Positions 1 to 10,647 are shown, numbered from the stretch's first letter. The stretch is 64,000 nt of DNA from Acidobacteriota bacterium (GCA_963664705.1 OY761556.1:544001-608000); one strand, 5' to 3'. Numbers and translations: made by a program. Notes: generated by a model not told the origin, from the sequence alone.

Positions 1-2705
1 TCGACATTTACGGAAAGATCCGAAGCGCCCGTGCCGGGTGTCCCACCTATGTATTGCACGACGGCCCTCCCTATGCGAATGGTGACATTCACATGGGCCA
101 CGCCGTCAACAAGATCATCAAGGACATCATCGTCAAGTCCCGATCGATGATGGGCTACGATGCCCCTTATGTCCCCGGTTGGGACTGCCATGGGCTGCCG
201 ATCGAAATCAAAGTTGAAGAAAAGCTCGGGAAAAAGAAATCGGAGATGAGCAAGCTCTCGATCCGTCGAGCGTGCCGGAAGTATGCCGAGGATTATGTTG
301 AGCGCCAGCGCAAAGGATTCAAGAGTCTCGAAGTTTTCGGCGAGTGGTCTGAGCCGTATCTCACCATGAGCTACAAATATGAGGCGGAAATTGCACGGGC
401 GCTGGGCGGGTTTGTGGAAAAGGGGTTGGTGTACAAGGGGCAGAAGCCTGTGCACTGGTGTTTTTCGTGCAAGACCGCTTTGGCTGAAGCGGAGGTCGAG
501 TACGAAGATCACACCAGCCCATCTGTCTATGTGGCATTTCCGATGGTATCGGATCTCTCCGATCTCGACCCGGCGCTTGCCGGAAAAGACTGGGCGGTGG
601 TGATTTGGACGACGACCCCCTGGACACTTCCCGCCAACCTGGCGATCGCCTTCCATCCCGACTATCAGTATTCCGCGGTGCGGGTCGGCGGCAAGGGCTA
701 TATCGTCGCCTCCGAATTGCTCAAAGCTGTATCGGAAAAATGTGGTTGGAGTGAGCCGCAGGAAGTGGCCAGATTTGCCGGGAAATCGCTGGAAGGGCGA
801 AAAGCGCGCCATCCATTTATTCCGCGCGACTCGGCGCTGGTGCTTGCGAACTATGTAACGCTGGATGCCGGTACGGGCTGTGTACACACGGCTCCGGGCC
901 ATGGCTATGATGATTATGTCACCGGCCGCAATTACGGGATGGAGATCCTTTGCCCGGTCGACGATGACGGCCGTTTTCTGAAGACTGTCGATCGGTTTGG
1001 CGGCATGGAGGTGTTCAAAGCCAATCCGCAGATAGTCGAATACATGCGTGAAATCGGGGCACTGCTTTTCTCGGAAAATTTCCAGCACAGTTATCCGCAT
1101 TGCTGGCGCTGCCATCACCCGATCATTTTCCGGGCAACGCCGCAGTGGTTTATCGCGTTGGATGAGAATCAATACCGGAGCCAGGCGCTTGAAGCCATTA
1201 AGCGTGTACGGTGGATTCCTGCCTGGGGCGAAGAGCGAATCAGCAACATGGTTCGAGAGCGACCCGATTGGTGTATCTCCCGACAGCGGGCATGGGGCGT
1301 TCCAATTGTGGCGTTCTACTGCACCGATTGCGGAGAGGTGCTGCTCAGCAAGAAAATCATCGACCACGTTGCCTCCATTTTCGATAAAGAAGGTGCTGAC
1401 GCATGGTACGCGCATCCGCCTTCCGAACTCTTGCCAGCGGGGACCGTTTGTTCCAAGTGCGGAGCCAAGGACTTTCGCCAGGAATTCGATATTCTCGATG
1501 TCTGGTTTGATTCCGGCAGCAGCCATCTCGCGACCCTGGGATCGCGAGCCGATATGCCCTGGCCTTCCGATCTGTATATCGAGGGCGGGGACCAGTATCG
1601 CGGCTGGTTCCAGAGTTCTCTCCTGATTGCGGTGGCTTTGCACGGAGAAGCTCCTTACCGAACTGCCATTACGCATGGTTGGACTCTGGACGAGCAGGGT
1701 AGGGCGATGTCCAAATCCAAGGGGATCGGGATTGACGCGGCGGATCTCGTCAAGAAACGAGGGGCTGAGATCGCACGCCTCCTGTTCAGTTCAGTCAGCT
1801 ATGTCGAGGACATTCGCATTTTCGATGAATTGCTGGAACGGCTGGGTGAGGCATACCGCAAGATCCGGAATACGTGTCGGTTCATGTTGGGAAACCTGAG
1901 CAACCAGCAGGATCCCCAAAAACCCTATTTTGATCCGGCGGCAGATCGTGTCCCCTGCGAACAGATGCTTGAAATCGACCGCTGGGCGCTGGCGCGGAAA
2001 GATCAATTGATTCAGAAGTGCCTGAAGGGATACGAGGATTATCAGTTCCATCAGGTCTATAGCGCGCTCTACAATTTCTGCACGGTGGATATGTCGGCGT
2101 TTTACCTGGATATTTTGAAAGACCGGCTTTATACCGCGGCAACGCATTCAGTGTCGCGTCGCTCCGCCCAGACGGCTATCTGGGATATCCTCGATGCCTT
2201 TACCCGTCTGCTTGCCCCCATCCTGTGTTTCACCAGTGAGGAAGTGTACGCGGCGATGTATGAAGGTCTTCCCCCCGAAACGCGCGCGGAATCCGTTCAT
2301 GTATTGCTTTTTCCCAAAAGCGAATTGCGTGAGGAGCAAACGCTCCTGGCGGAATGGGAAAAAATACGCACAGTACGTGAAACCGTGCTGAAGGCGCTCG
2401 AGGATGTTCGCAAGGCGGGAACCATCGGCAATTCCCTCGAGGCCAAGGTCATTATTCGCGCCGCGGGCGAAAATGCCGCCCTTCTGAGCCGGCATGCATC
2501 CGATTTGCGGTACATTTTTATCGTGTCCCAGGTCGAAGTGAAGGACGATGCAAGCGCCGGTGATGATCTCCGAATAGAGGTGGTAAAGGCGGATGGGCAG
2601 AAATGCGAACGTTGCTGGAACTATGCCGTGGAGATAGGACAGGATTCCAAATATCCGACGCTTTGCGGCCGCTGTGTTCCAGCCATAGAGGAAATGTACA
2701 ACTAG
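1..2705 (+). CDS. ileS: Isoleucine--tRNA ligase (type 1), 5'-truncated by the window edge
   Basis: The frame is open from position 3 (DIYGKIRS...[10 protein letters not shown]). Motifs: [38 protein letters not shown] (KMSKS variant), C-terminal Zn finger KCERCW..LCGRC. Confidence 0.98.
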   Translation, partial: DIYGKIRSARAGCPTYVLHDGPPYANGDIHMGHAVNKIIKDIIVKSRSMMGYDAPYVPGWDCHGLPIEIKVEEKLGKKKSEMSKLSIRRACRKYAEDYVERQRKGFKSLEVFGEWSEPYLTMSYKYEAEIARALGGFVEKGLVYKGQKPVHWCFSCKTALAEAEVEYEDHTSPSVYVAFPMVSDLSDLDPALAGKDWAVVIWTTTPWTLPANLAIAFHPDYQYSAVRVGGKGYIVASELLKAVSEKCGWSEPQEVARFAGKSLEGRKARHPFIPRDSALVLANYVTLDAGTGCVHTAPGHGYDDYVTGRNYGMEILCPVDDDGRFLKTVDRFGGMEVFKANPQIVEYMREIGALLFSENFQHSYPHCWRCHHPIIFRATPQWFIALDENQYRSQALEAIKRVRWIPAWGEERISNMVRERPDWCISRQRAWGVPIVAFYCTDCGEVLLSKKIIDHVASIFDKEGADAWYAHPPSELLPAGTVCSKCGAKDFRQEFDILDVWFDSGSSHLATLGSRADMPWPSDLYIEGGDQYRGWFQSSLLIAVALHGEAPYRTAITHGWTLDEQGRAMSKSKGIGIDAADLVKKRGAEIARLLFSSVSYVEDIRIFDELLERLGEAYRKIRNTCRFMLGNLSNQQDPQKPYFDPAADRVPCEQMLEIDRWALARKDQLIQKCLKGYEDYQFHQVYSALYNFCTVDMSAFYLDILKDRLYTAATHSVSRRSAQTAIWDILDAFTRLLAPILCFTSEEVYAAMYEGLPPETRAESVHVLLFPKSELREEQTLLAEWEKIRTVRETVLKALEDVRKAGTIGNSLEAKVIIRAAGENAALLSRHASDLRYIFIVSQVEVKDDASAGDDLRIEVVKADGQKCERCWNYAVEIGQDSKYPTLCGRCVPAIEEMYN

Positions 2706-2714
2706 AACCCCACA

Positions 2715-2747
2715 AAATCCGCGGCAGGGAATAGCTGCCGCGGATTT
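2715..2747 (+). other. Perfect 13-bp stem-loop between ileS and lspA
   Basis: AAATCCGCGGCAG-ggaatag-CTGCCGCGGATTT. Only a short T tail follows, so it is a weak terminator or an mRNA-stabilising hairpin. Confidence 0.7.
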
Positions 2748-2758
2748 CCCGAACTTCC

Positions 2759-3280
2759 ATGAACTCTGCCAAGATGCGAACGCGATATTACCTCATTCCA
2801 CTTTTCGTGGTGATCCTGGATCACGTGACGAAATGGTGGGTAAATCTCAGACTGGCGACCGATCCTATCGAGCTTATCCCGGGGTATCTAAGGCTTTCGT
2901 TGGTACACAATCCCGGCGTGGCATTCGGGTTGTTTTCCGAGGCTGTGTCCGCCTGGAAGCCCTATGTTCTGGGAGCGATGGCTGTTATCGCAATGGTGGT
3001 CATTTTTATGTATGCAAGGCGGGCCCCCGCGGATCGGCGTCTCCTTCAGTGCGGACTGGCAACAACAATGGGCGGAATCACGGGCAACCTCCTCGACCGC
3101 ATCATTCGTGGATATGTTGTCGACTTTATCGAATTTCACATCCACGAATCCTTCTACTGGCCGAACTTTAACGTTGCCGATTCTGCCATTACGGTTGGGA
3201 TCGCGCTGCTCTTGATTGATACCGTGTGCAATCCAGGCATCGATGAAATTGCCGGAGATGCTGCAAACGGCCATTCTTAG
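2759..3280 (+). CDS. lspA: Lipoprotein signal peptidase II
   Basis: DHVTK, NPGVAFG, GNLLDR, VVDFI and FNVADSAI motifs; canonical position after ileS. Confidence 0.96.
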   Translation: MNSAKMRTRYYLIPLFVVILDHVTKWWVNLRLATDPIELIPGYLRLSLVHNPGVAFGLFSEAVSAWKPYVLGAMAVIAMVVIFMYARRAPADRRLLQCGLATTMGGITGNLLDRIIRGYVVDFIEFHIHESFYWPNFNVADSAITVGIALLLIDTVCNPGIDEIAGDAANGHS

Positions 3281-3296
3281 ATATACAGGACACAGA

Positions 3297-3992
3297 ATGC
3301 AGGACTGGAGATGCAGAGTTCGGGCGTCGGAGCTTATCCGGTATCTATTTTCCTGCGGGCTGGTTTTTCTTGCGCTTTTACCAACTCCCGTTCATGCAGC
3401 GGATCTGTCCGAGGCTATCGCCGGCCTGCAGAAACGCTATGCCTCGGTAGAGACGGTAAAAGGAAGTTTTCAGCAATCCTACCGGGCCCCCGGCATTCAG
3501 CGTGAACAGACGGGAGAATTCTGGCTGAAGAAACCCGGGCTCATGCGTTGGGAATACAAGACTCCCGATGTGCAGTTGTTCATTGCGGACGGCAGGAAAT
3601 CGTACCTCTATGTGCCGGATGATCGTCAGGTGACGATTCAGCCGCTGAGCCCGGCCGACCTGCACAACACGCCGCTCAGTTTTCTGCTGGGATCCGGTGA
3701 TATCAATAAGACATATTTCGTGGCATGGGAATCAGAATATAAGCGCAAGGCTGCGAATGGCCTCTTTATCCGCCTGATTCCGCGCCGGCAGCCGTCGGAG
3801 TATTCCTTTCTTGCCCTGGAGCTCGATCCGCAATCCTATGACCTGCGGCGGATCATCGTAAGAGAGCCGGGCGGAAGTACCTCCGAATTCCTGCTTTCAG
3901 GCGTAATCACAAATACGAAATTTGATAATGGACTTTTTCAGTTCAAAAAGCCAAAAGGCGTCGAGGAAGTTCGGCTCAATAACGAAGACTAG
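3297..3992 (+). CDS. lolA: Outer-membrane lipoprotein carrier protein LolA
   Basis: Signal peptide; GSFQQ, KKPGLMRWEY, ADG..SYLYVP, F.F..PKGVE pattern. Start moved to ATG 3297 (AGGA upstream); exact start uncertain. Confidence 0.88.
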   Translation: MQDWRCRVRASELIRYLFSCGLVFLALLPTPVHAADLSEAIAGLQKRYASVETVKGSFQQSYRAPGIQREQTGEFWLKKPGLMRWEYKTPDVQLFIADGRKSYLYVPDDRQVTIQPLSPADLHNTPLSFLLGSGDINKTYFVAWESEYKRKAANGLFIRLIPRRQPSEYSFLALELDPQSYDLRRIIVREPGGSTSEFLLSGVITNTKFDNGLFQFKKPKGVEEVRLNNED

Positions 3993-4010
3993 ATAGCGAA
4001 TTGCACACAC

Positions 4011-4802
4011 ATGGACTTGATGGATGATTTTGCAGCATTGGGTATGGAGGTCGCACGCGAAGCGGGACAGCTGCTGCTCGATCGGTTTCGCACAGACTTT
4101 ACCATTACACACAAAGGGGTCGTAAACCTTGTGACGGAAGTGGACCTTGCGGCGGAAGAACTGATTGTTTCACGCATCCGCAAGGCATTTCCTTCGCATG
4201 CCATTCTCGCCGAAGAGCGACATAATCAGGATCATAGCAAAGGAATCGCGTGGGTGATCGATCCGCTTGACGGCACGACGAATTATGCACACGGGTACCC
4301 GGTGTTTTCCGTGTCGATCGGACTCGAGATCGATGGGGAGATCCAATGGGGAGCAGTGTTTGATCCCACGCGGAATGAGCTCTTTTCCGCGTGTAAAGGC
4401 CGAGGCGCAGCCTGCAACGGCGCGCCCATAGGAATTTCGAAAAATTCCACGTTGACCTCCAGCCTGCTTGCCACCGGCTTTCCCTATGATATCCAAACCG
4501 ACAGCCGGAATAACCTGGACAATTTCTGCGCATTTGCCGTCCGGGTCCAGGGTGTCCGACGGGGCGGCTCCGCGGCGCTGGATCTGTGCTATGTTGCTTC
4601 CGGACGGTTCGACGGATTCTGGGAGTACAAGCTCAAACCCTGGGATTGCGCGGCCGGGTCGCTGATCGTCCGTGAGGCTGGGGGCACGATTTCCAATTTT
4701 GGCGGCCGGCCATTTTCGATCTACGAGGGCGAGGTTGTTGCGTCTAATGGTCTGATTCATCAACAAATGCTGGATGTGCTGGCGGCGGGAAATCGACGCT
4801 GA
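4011..4802 (+). CDS. suhB: Inositol monophosphatase family protein
   Basis: LVTEVD, AEE, WVIDPLDGTTNY, GSAALDLCYVASGRFDG, WDCAAG. Confidence 0.92.
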   Translation: MDLMDDFAALGMEVAREAGQLLLDRFRTDFTITHKGVVNLVTEVDLAAEELIVSRIRKAFPSHAILAEERHNQDHSKGIAWVIDPLDGTTNYAHGYPVFSVSIGLEIDGEIQWGAVFDPTRNELFSACKGRGAACNGAPIGISKNSTLTSSLLATGFPYDIQTDSRNNLDNFCAFAVRVQGVRRGGSAALDLCYVASGRFDGFWEYKLKPWDCAAGSLIVREAGGTISNFGGRPFSIYEGEVVASNGLIHQQMLDVLAAGNRR

Positions 4803-4832
4803 TCTATTCGGGAACGTTTAAAGGGGGATCCT

Positions 4833-5279
4833 ATGAAACTACGTGACAAAGTCAGTGCAGACCTGGTGGCCGCCATGAAGTCGAAAGAGGCGGAGAGGTT
4901 GAGTGTTCTGAGAATGATGAAGGCAGCGATACGAAACAAGGAAATCGATTCGCGGCAGGAACTCGAAGATCCTCAGGTGCTGCAGCTGCTGGTCAGTCTC
5001 ATCAAGCAACGGAAGGACTCCATCGAACAGTTCGCCAAGGGTGGCCGCACCGATCTTGTCCAGAAGGAATCGCAGGAAATTAAGGTCATTGAAGAGTACC
5101 TGCCGGCGGCTGTAACGGATGAAGAGATAGAAAGAACGGTTGTTGCTGTAATCGCTGAGATCGGAGCGTCAACCATAAAGGATATGGGAAAGGTCATGAA
5201 AGGCTGCATGGTGCAGTTTGCGGGCCGCCCCGTTGATGGCGCCAAAATCAGCGAGATAGTAAAAACCAAACTAAACTGA
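4833..5279 (+). CDS. GatB/YqeY domain protein
   Basis: AMK...LR, KQRKDSIEQF..GGR.DL..KE..E, YLP, KDMGKVM. Confidence 0.93.
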   Translation: MKLRDKVSADLVAAMKSKEAERLSVLRMMKAAIRNKEIDSRQELEDPQVLQLLVSLIKQRKDSIEQFAKGGRTDLVQKESQEIKVIEEYLPAAVTDEEIERTVVAVIAEIGASTIKDMGKVMKGCMVQFAGRPVDGAKISEIVKTKLN

Positions 5280-5280
5280 G

Positions 5281-5351
5281 ATGGCGAATTGCCAACGAAA
5301 TAGCTCGCTTCGATTGGCCAGTCGCAATTCGTCATTCGTAATTCGTCATTC
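5281..5351. repeat. Inverted repeat plus ATTCGT(C/A) heptamer tandem repeat
   Basis: ATGGCGAATTGC (5281) pairs with GCAATTCGTCAT (one G-U pair). Units ATTCGTC ATTCGTA ATTCGTC at 5327-5347. Confidence 0.7.
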
Positions 5352-5370
5352 TCTTTGCTAACCTTTCACT

Positions 5371-7185
5371 GTGCTTCAGGAAAAACTGAATTATCTGCCG
5401 GCCGAGCCCGGCGTCTACATCTATAAAAATACTCAGGGAAAGATCATCTACGTTGGGAAGGCACGCTCGCTAAGAAGCCGGGTGCGTTCGTACTTCCAGG
5501 ATAGCCGGCCGCTTGATCCCAAGACGCAGCGGCTGGTCTCTGAGATTGCAGACCTGGAATATATTGTTACCGACAGTGAAGTGGAGGCATTGATCCTTGA
5601 ATCGACGCTGGTCAAAAGGAACCAGCCTCGGTATAACATCAACCTGAAGGATGATAAGAGTTTTCCTTACCTGAAGCTTACGGTAAACGAATCCTACCCG
5701 CGGATTTTCATCACGCGCCGAATCAAAAAGGACGGCGCCTTGTATTACGGGCCCTTTCTTCCCGCCAGCTATGCCCGGCAAACTCTAAAACTGGTCAACA
5801 AATATTTTAAGCTGCGCACGTGCAATCTGGACATCAATGGCATGCTTGCGCGACCCTGCCTGGATTATCAGATGAAACGTTGTCTGGGGCCTTGCGTCGC
5901 GGGGTTATGCACGCAGGAGCAGTACCGTCATGCGGTTGAAGATGTAAAGCTGCTGCTTTCGGGCAAAACCGATGAACTGATTCGTGGGCTGGAACGGCGA
6001 ATGGCGCAGGCTGCCGAGGAGTTGCTGTACGAGGCGGCGGCCGTGTATCGCGACTGGATTGGGATGGTTCGGGACATCTCAGAGCGCCAGAAAATGGCTG
6101 TCGATGGGCAGGATGACTGCGATTTGTTCGGGTACCATCAGGAAGGTTCCCAGCTTGCCCTGCAGGTGTTTGCTATGCGCGGTGGACGCGTGGTGGGGCG
6201 CCGTGAATTCTATTGGGAAGATCTGATTGCCTTTGACCCGGGCGATTTTTTTTCCGAAGCGCTGAATCAGTACTACCTGCAGGATACCTTCACACCCAAG
6301 GAGATTTATATTCCTGCGGATATTGAAGATGCCGAGGTGCTTCAGGAGTGGCTTTCCGCGCGCAAAGGGAGTCGAGTCCATATTCGGTCCCCGCGCCAGG
6401 GGATCAAATCGGAGATGCTGGACCTCGTCATGCGCAATGCGCAGATTTCTTTTGAAACGCGATTCCGGATTGCAAAATCAAAGGGGGAGGACCTGCTCAA
6501 GCCGCTGCAGGATGCGCTGGGAATCGAATCCCTGCCGCGGCGCATTGAAACGTTCGATATTTCGCACGTGCAAGGCAGCGATACGGTTGCCAGCATGGTC
6601 CTTTGCGTCAACGGCGTCATGCAGCGCAAGGGGTATCGAAAATTCAAAATCGAGACCGTTAAAGGACCGGATGACTTCGCAGCCATGCGGGAGGTCGTGC
6701 ACCGACACTACGAAAACTCACTGGAGCAGGATGAAGGAAATCTGCCTGATCTTGTGTTGATTGACGGCGGAAAGGGCCAACTGGCGGCCGCCATCTCGGC
6801 GTTGGATGATTTGGGGCTGGAAAATCAGGCCGTTGCCGCCATTGCCAAAAGGGAAGAGACGCTTTTTGTCAAAGGCAGGGAGGACCAGCCGGTTCAGCTT
6901 CCCAAAGACTCCCCTGTGCTGCATCTGGTTCAGATGATGCGAGACGAAGCGCACCGATTCGCGGTTTCGTATCATCGGAAAAGAAGGGAGCTTCGCGACT
7001 TCGATTCCGAACTGATGGATATTCCAGGCGTTGGAGAGGTCCGAAAAAAGGTCCTGCTCAGGGCGTTTGGCAGCCTTGAGCGTGTAAAGAAGGCTGCCTT
7101 TGACGAATTGGCCCCGTATGTCGGCCCCAAGGCCGCCTCGCAAATCATTGCCTATTTTGCCGGCAGTCAGACTCCTGACTCCTGA
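5371..7185 (+). CDS. uvrC: Excinuclease ABC subunit C
   Basis: GIY-YIG (GVYIY..IIYVGKA), Cys-rich region, RIETFDISH, DGGKGQL, RDEAHRFA, HhH IPGVG. Confidence 0.97.
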   Translation: MLQEKLNYLPAEPGVYIYKNTQGKIIYVGKARSLRSRVRSYFQDSRPLDPKTQRLVSEIADLEYIVTDSEVEALILESTLVKRNQPRYNINLKDDKSFPYLKLTVNESYPRIFITRRIKKDGALYYGPFLPASYARQTLKLVNKYFKLRTCNLDINGMLARPCLDYQMKRCLGPCVAGLCTQEQYRHAVEDVKLLLSGKTDELIRGLERRMAQAAEELLYEAAAVYRDWIGMVRDISERQKMAVDGQDDCDLFGYHQEGSQLALQVFAMRGGRVVGRREFYWEDLIAFDPGDFFSEALNQYYLQDTFTPKEIYIPADIEDAEVLQEWLSARKGSRVHIRSPRQGIKSEMLDLVMRNAQISFETRFRIAKSKGEDLLKPLQDALGIESLPRRIETFDISHVQGSDTVASMVLCVNGVMQRKGYRKFKIETVKGPDDFAAMREVVHRHYENSLEQDEGNLPDLVLIDGGKGQLAAAISALDDLGLENQAVAAIAKREETLFVKGREDQPVQLPKDSPVLHLVQMMRDEAHRFAVSYHRKRRELRDFDSELMDIPGVGEVRKKVLLRAFGSLERVKKAAFDELAPYVGPKAASQIIAYFAGSQTPDS

Positions 7186-7198
7186 CCTTCTGCATCCT
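7170..7198. repeat. GACTCCT heptamer tandem repeat over the uvrC stop
   Basis: GACTCCT GACTCCT GACCTTCT GCATCCT. Confidence 0.55.
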
Positions 7199-7259
7199 GT
7201 CTTCTTTCTTGGTGACCCTAATCACTAAATTCCCTGCCCGAATCGCCGATCTGATAGAC

Positions 7260-8072
7260 ATGATTACACTACTACTTCTATTTGCGTTCAAAGTTGCAAC
7301 CGCGGGAGAATTGGCCTGTGTCGGATCGATACAGGAAACAAAGATTCAGGAAGATATCTATGTAGCGGGCGTGAGCGGCGAAGGGGCTTCGACCAATGCC
7401 ATGCCTGGGCAGATTCTCTACCTGAACGGTCCCGGCGTATCTTTCCTCAAGCCCGGAACGGTGCAGCGTGTGGTTCGTGCTGAAGGCCGTGTCCGCGATC
7501 CGCGAACTCGTGACAAGATCGGCATCTATTACAAAGATATCGGTACGGTCAAAATAGAAACTGTCGAACAGGAAGACGCGATTGCGCGCGTTGTCACAAC
7601 CTGTGAAGGGATATTGAAGGGAGACGTGGTTGTCCCCGGCGCGCCAAAGTCGGCGGTGGAGCTAAAGGGGAAACTGTCCACCGATGTAACCCCGGTACGG
7701 GGCGGGCTTACCAGTTCGATTCTCTTCGGTAAAGACGACAAACGGGAGCTTTCGGCTGGAGAGTTTTGCTTCATTCAGCTGGGTCGTCGGGATGGAATTC
7801 AGGCCGGGGATCAATTCGTTGTCTACCGCCCGAATCCGGCATTCAATGCCCAGGATATGACCGTAGGCGGCTCGGCCACAGATGCGATGTATTCGCCCAT
7901 GCGCAACCGGATATTGCCGAACAAAATGGAGTCGATGCTCAGGAATCGGAAACTCCCTCCGAAGGTGCTTGGCGACATTGTAATTGTGGAAGCCGGAGAA
8001 AAGATCGCGGTAGGGAAAATCGTCAACAGCATGTCCGAGATACATCCAGGGGATCTGGTTGTCAAAAAGTAG
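7260..8072 (+). CDS. Exported protein with two FlgT-C-like beta-barrel repeats
   Basis: Short signal peptide; internal repeat (GQILYLN...IG.V.IE.V....AIARVV..C..I.KGD.V and GEFCFIQLG..DG...GD.F..YR...LG..VIV......A.GKIV.S..EI..GD.V). Confidence 0.55.
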   Translation: MITLLLLFAFKVATAGELACVGSIQETKIQEDIYVAGVSGEGASTNAMPGQILYLNGPGVSFLKPGTVQRVVRAEGRVRDPRTRDKIGIYYKDIGTVKIETVEQEDAIARVVTTCEGILKGDVVVPGAPKSAVELKGKLSTDVTPVRGGLTSSILFGKDDKRELSAGEFCFIQLGRRDGIQAGDQFVVYRPNPAFNAQDMTVGGSATDAMYSPMRNRILPNKMESMLRNRKLPPKVLGDIVIVEAGEKIAVGKIVNSMSEIHPGDLVVKK

Positions 8073-8101
8073 TCGGGACCTGCTGCCGCAACGCGAATGA
8101 T

Positions 8102-8140
8102 GTCTGGGGCCCCGCAGATGAAGTCTGCGCGACCCCAGAC
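8102..8140. terminator. Hairpin between convergent genes, possible bidirectional terminator
   Basis: GTCTGGGG...GCAGAT gaa GTCTGC...CCCCAGAC. Confidence 0.5.
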
Positions 8141-8146
8141 GTATAT

Positions 8147-9187
8147 CTAGATTACGCTAAAATCGGAGACGATGGATTTGTCTCCTAATACCGTTCCGGG
8201 ACGCAGGCGGGCTCCTTCGCCGATGTGACATTGCCGTCCAACGATTGCCCGCTCAATTCTTGCGTTGGGCAGGATCCTGGTACCGCTCCAGATCACAGAG
8301 TCCTTGATCATCGCACCCTCTTCTACGCGACATGCTTCCCCAAGCACCGAATTTTCAATGGTAACGCCCGATTTGATTACGCACTTTCCATCCAGTACAG
8401 TGAAAGAGTCGATGGAGACCTGGTGTTTCTCCCAATTGTTGGGAGGGCAGGACTTTTGGGGATAGCCCGGCATCCGGGTCCGGCCCGAAATGATTCCATA
8501 GGTAGCCTCCAGGTATTTCTGTGGACTCCCAATATCCTGCCAGTACGCATGGGTCAGGTATGCATAGACGCGTGCGCCTTCCTGAACCATCGATGGGAAC
8601 AACTCACGCTCAAAGCTCTGCGCGCCTTCTCCGGAGATTCGATCAAGCACGGACCGCTCGAGGATATAGATGCCGGCATTGATCGTATCTCCGGTTATAT
8701 CATCCTCCGGCGGCTTTTCGGTAAAACGAAGGACCCTGCCATCCGGATCGGCTTCCACCAGGCCATAACCTACAGGATTCATTACGCGGGCGACGACTAT
8801 GGTTGCCTCGGCCTTCTTGGCGCGGTGGTATTCAAGGACCTCCAGCAGCGCGGTATCGGTTAAGATATCCCCATTGAGAACGATCGTTGTGTCATCGATG
8901 AGGTTTTCGGCGGCTTTGAATGCGCCGGCCGTGCCTCGTGGCAGATCCTCATGCGTATAGCGCATGGTGACTCCATATTGCATCCCGTCACCAAAAATAT
9001 CGGTGATTTTGCGCGGCTGATACGAAAGGCTGAGGATGATTTCGGTTATCTCCGCGCGTTTGATGTGATCAATCTGAAAGAAAAGGAACGGGATATTAGC
9101 CAGTGGGACAATCGGCTTTGGGACGTGGAGCGCAAGTGGACGCAGCCTTGCTCCTTTCCCTCCTGCGAGTATCAGTGCTTTGATCAC
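8147..9187 (-). CDS. NDP-sugar synthase (mannose-1-phosphate guanylyltransferase-like)
   Basis: ILAGGKGARLRPL..PKP, GTAGA, VLNGD, EKP, INAGIY, YWQDIG; C-terminal left-handed beta-helix repeats. Confidence 0.9.
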   Translation of the reverse strand: MIKALILAGGKGARLRPLALHVPKPIVPLANIPFLFFQIDHIKRAEITEIILSLSYQPRKITDIFGDGMQYGVTMRYTHEDLPRGTAGAFKAAENLIDDTTIVLNGDILTDTALLEVLEYHRAKKAEATIVVARVMNPVGYGLVEADPDGRVLRFTEKPPEDDITGDTINAGIYILERSVLDRISGEGAQSFERELFPSMVQEGARVYAYLTHAYWQDIGSPQKYLEATYGIISGRTRMPGYPQKSCPPNNWEKHQVSIDSFTVLDGKCVIKSGVTIENSVLGEACRVEEGAMIKDSVIWSGTRILPNARIERAIVGRQCHIGEGARLRPGTVLGDKSIVSDFSVI

Positions 9188-9213
9188 GTTTTCCGGGCCT
9201 CCGCGAACCCCCT

Positions 9214-9222
9214 ATCATACCA
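9214..9222 (-). promoter_or_regulatory. Putative extended -10 promoter for the NDP-sugar synthase
   Basis: Minus strand TG-G-TATGAT upstream of GGAGG and the GTG start. Confidence 0.4.
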
Positions 9223-9393
9223 CAGGCATTCTCCGTCGGAAATCAAGGACCTGCGGAGGATCGCATCGTTTCGGGCGGGGATAGACCGGATCGATAAGCC
9301 TGTGCCGGTCGAAGGGTAAGCGGGCGCATATTGTGTTGGAATGTGATGGGAGTGTACCCGGTTTTATCTTTTTGTGTTAATGTAAATCCGCCT

Positions 9394-10074
9394 ATGAATC
9401 TGCCAAATGCACTGACTCTGGCCAGGATTTTCCTGGTGCCTATTATTGTCGCCGTACTGCTGACGGTAGAGATGCGTGTCTGGGCATTCTGGGGTGCGAG
9501 CCTGTTCCTGGCGGCGGCGCTCACGGATTTGCTGGATGGCTACCTCGCCCGCAGAAGGAAACAGATAACCACTCTCGGGCGGTTGCTGGATCCCATTGCG
9601 GATAAACTGCTGATCTCCTCTGCGCTGATTGCTCTAGTTCAGCTTCAAATAGCTCCGGCCTGGATGGTGGCGATCATTGTCGGTCGCGAGTTTGCCGTAA
9701 GCGGTCTCCGCAGTATCGCGGCGCACGAAGGCTTCTCCATCGATGTCTCGACCTTGGGAAAAGGCAAAATGGTGACGCAGGTGGCTGCTGTTGTCGGCCT
9801 GATTCTTGGATCCAAGTATGGCGGGTGGGTCGAAAGCACCGCCAGGATACTGCTCTGGGCGGTCGTGTTCTTTGCGCTGGTTTCCATGGTCCAGTATTTT
9901 CGTGAATTCTGGTCCAAGCTGGATAGCAGCATCAAGCATCGTGAGCGACGCCGGATGAAGATTCTTGAAAGACGCCGGCAGTGGGCATCCGAACGGAAGG
10001 AACTCAGGCGGCTTCGAAAACTGGAGCGTATGCGCAAGCATCAGGCGGGGCCGGTACCTCCAACCACCGGATAG
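9394..10074 (+). CDS. pgsA: CDP-diacylglycerol--glycerol-3-phosphate 3-phosphatidyltransferase
   Basis: MNLPNALTLARI, TDLLDGYLAR...G.LLDPIADK, REFAVSGLR; long basic C-terminal tail. Confidence 0.93.
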   Translation: MNLPNALTLARIFLVPIIVAVLLTVEMRVWAFWGASLFLAAALTDLLDGYLARRRKQITTLGRLLDPIADKLLISSALIALVQLQIAPAWMVAIIVGREFAVSGLRSIAAHEGFSIDVSTLGKGKMVTQVAAVVGLILGSKYGGWVESTARILLWAVVFFALVSMVQYFREFWSKLDSSIKHRERRRMKILERRRQWASERKELRRLRKLERMRKHQAGPVPPTTG

Positions 10075-10092
10075 CCAGGCGGTGAATAAGCC

Positions 10093-10647
10093 ATGCTCAA
10101 TACAGCCGAGAAATCCGCTCTTTTGGAGTTAGCACGAAAGACGCTGGAAAGCTATCTCCGCAAAGGAACCCCTGCGCCCTGCATGCCGGATATCGATTCG
10201 CTGGGAGAGAAAAAAGGGGCATTCGTGTCCCTGCATCGCGGGGATGCGCTCCGAGGCTGCATCGGGCAACTGATTCCTGATCATAAACTTACGGATGTCG
10301 TACGGCACTGCGTGATCAGTGCTGCCGCGGAAGACACGCGCTTTGATCCGGTCTCGATCGAGGAGCTGCCGGAGTTGTCTATCGAAATTTCGGTCTTGAG
10401 CCCTTTCTACCGCATCCGGACCATTGAGGAAATTGAGGTCGGAAGACACGGACTTTACATGGTCAAGGGGTATCGTCGAGGGCTTTTGCTGCCTCAGGTG
10501 GCTTCCGAGTATGGCTGGGATCGCATAACCTTCCTGAAGCAGACCTGCCGGAAATCCGGCCTGCCGGAATCATCGTGGCAGGATCCGGAGACCGAAATAT
10601 ATATCTTTGAAGCAGAGGTTTTCTCAGAACAAGCCTCCCCTATTTAG
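10093..10647 (+). CDS. AMMECR1 / AmmeMemoRadiSam system protein A
   Basis: GAFVSL....LRGCIG, D.RF.PV...EL, IEISVLSP, GRHGL, GLLLPQVA. Confidence 0.92.
   Translation: MLNTAEKSALLELARKTLESYLRKGTPAPCMPDIDSLGEKKGAFVSLHRGDALRGCIGQLIPDHKLTDVVRHCVISAAAEDTRFDPVSIEELPELSIEISVLSPFYRIRTIEEIEVGRHGLYMVKGYRRGLLLPQVASEYGWDRITFLKQTCRKSGLPESSWQDPETEIYIFEAEVFSEQASPI

Noticed and set aside
1700-1735. AMSKS instead of KMSKS in IleS as a sign of inactivation or resistance
   Set aside because: The catalytically important second Lys is retained, and first-position variation is tolerated in class I synthetases.
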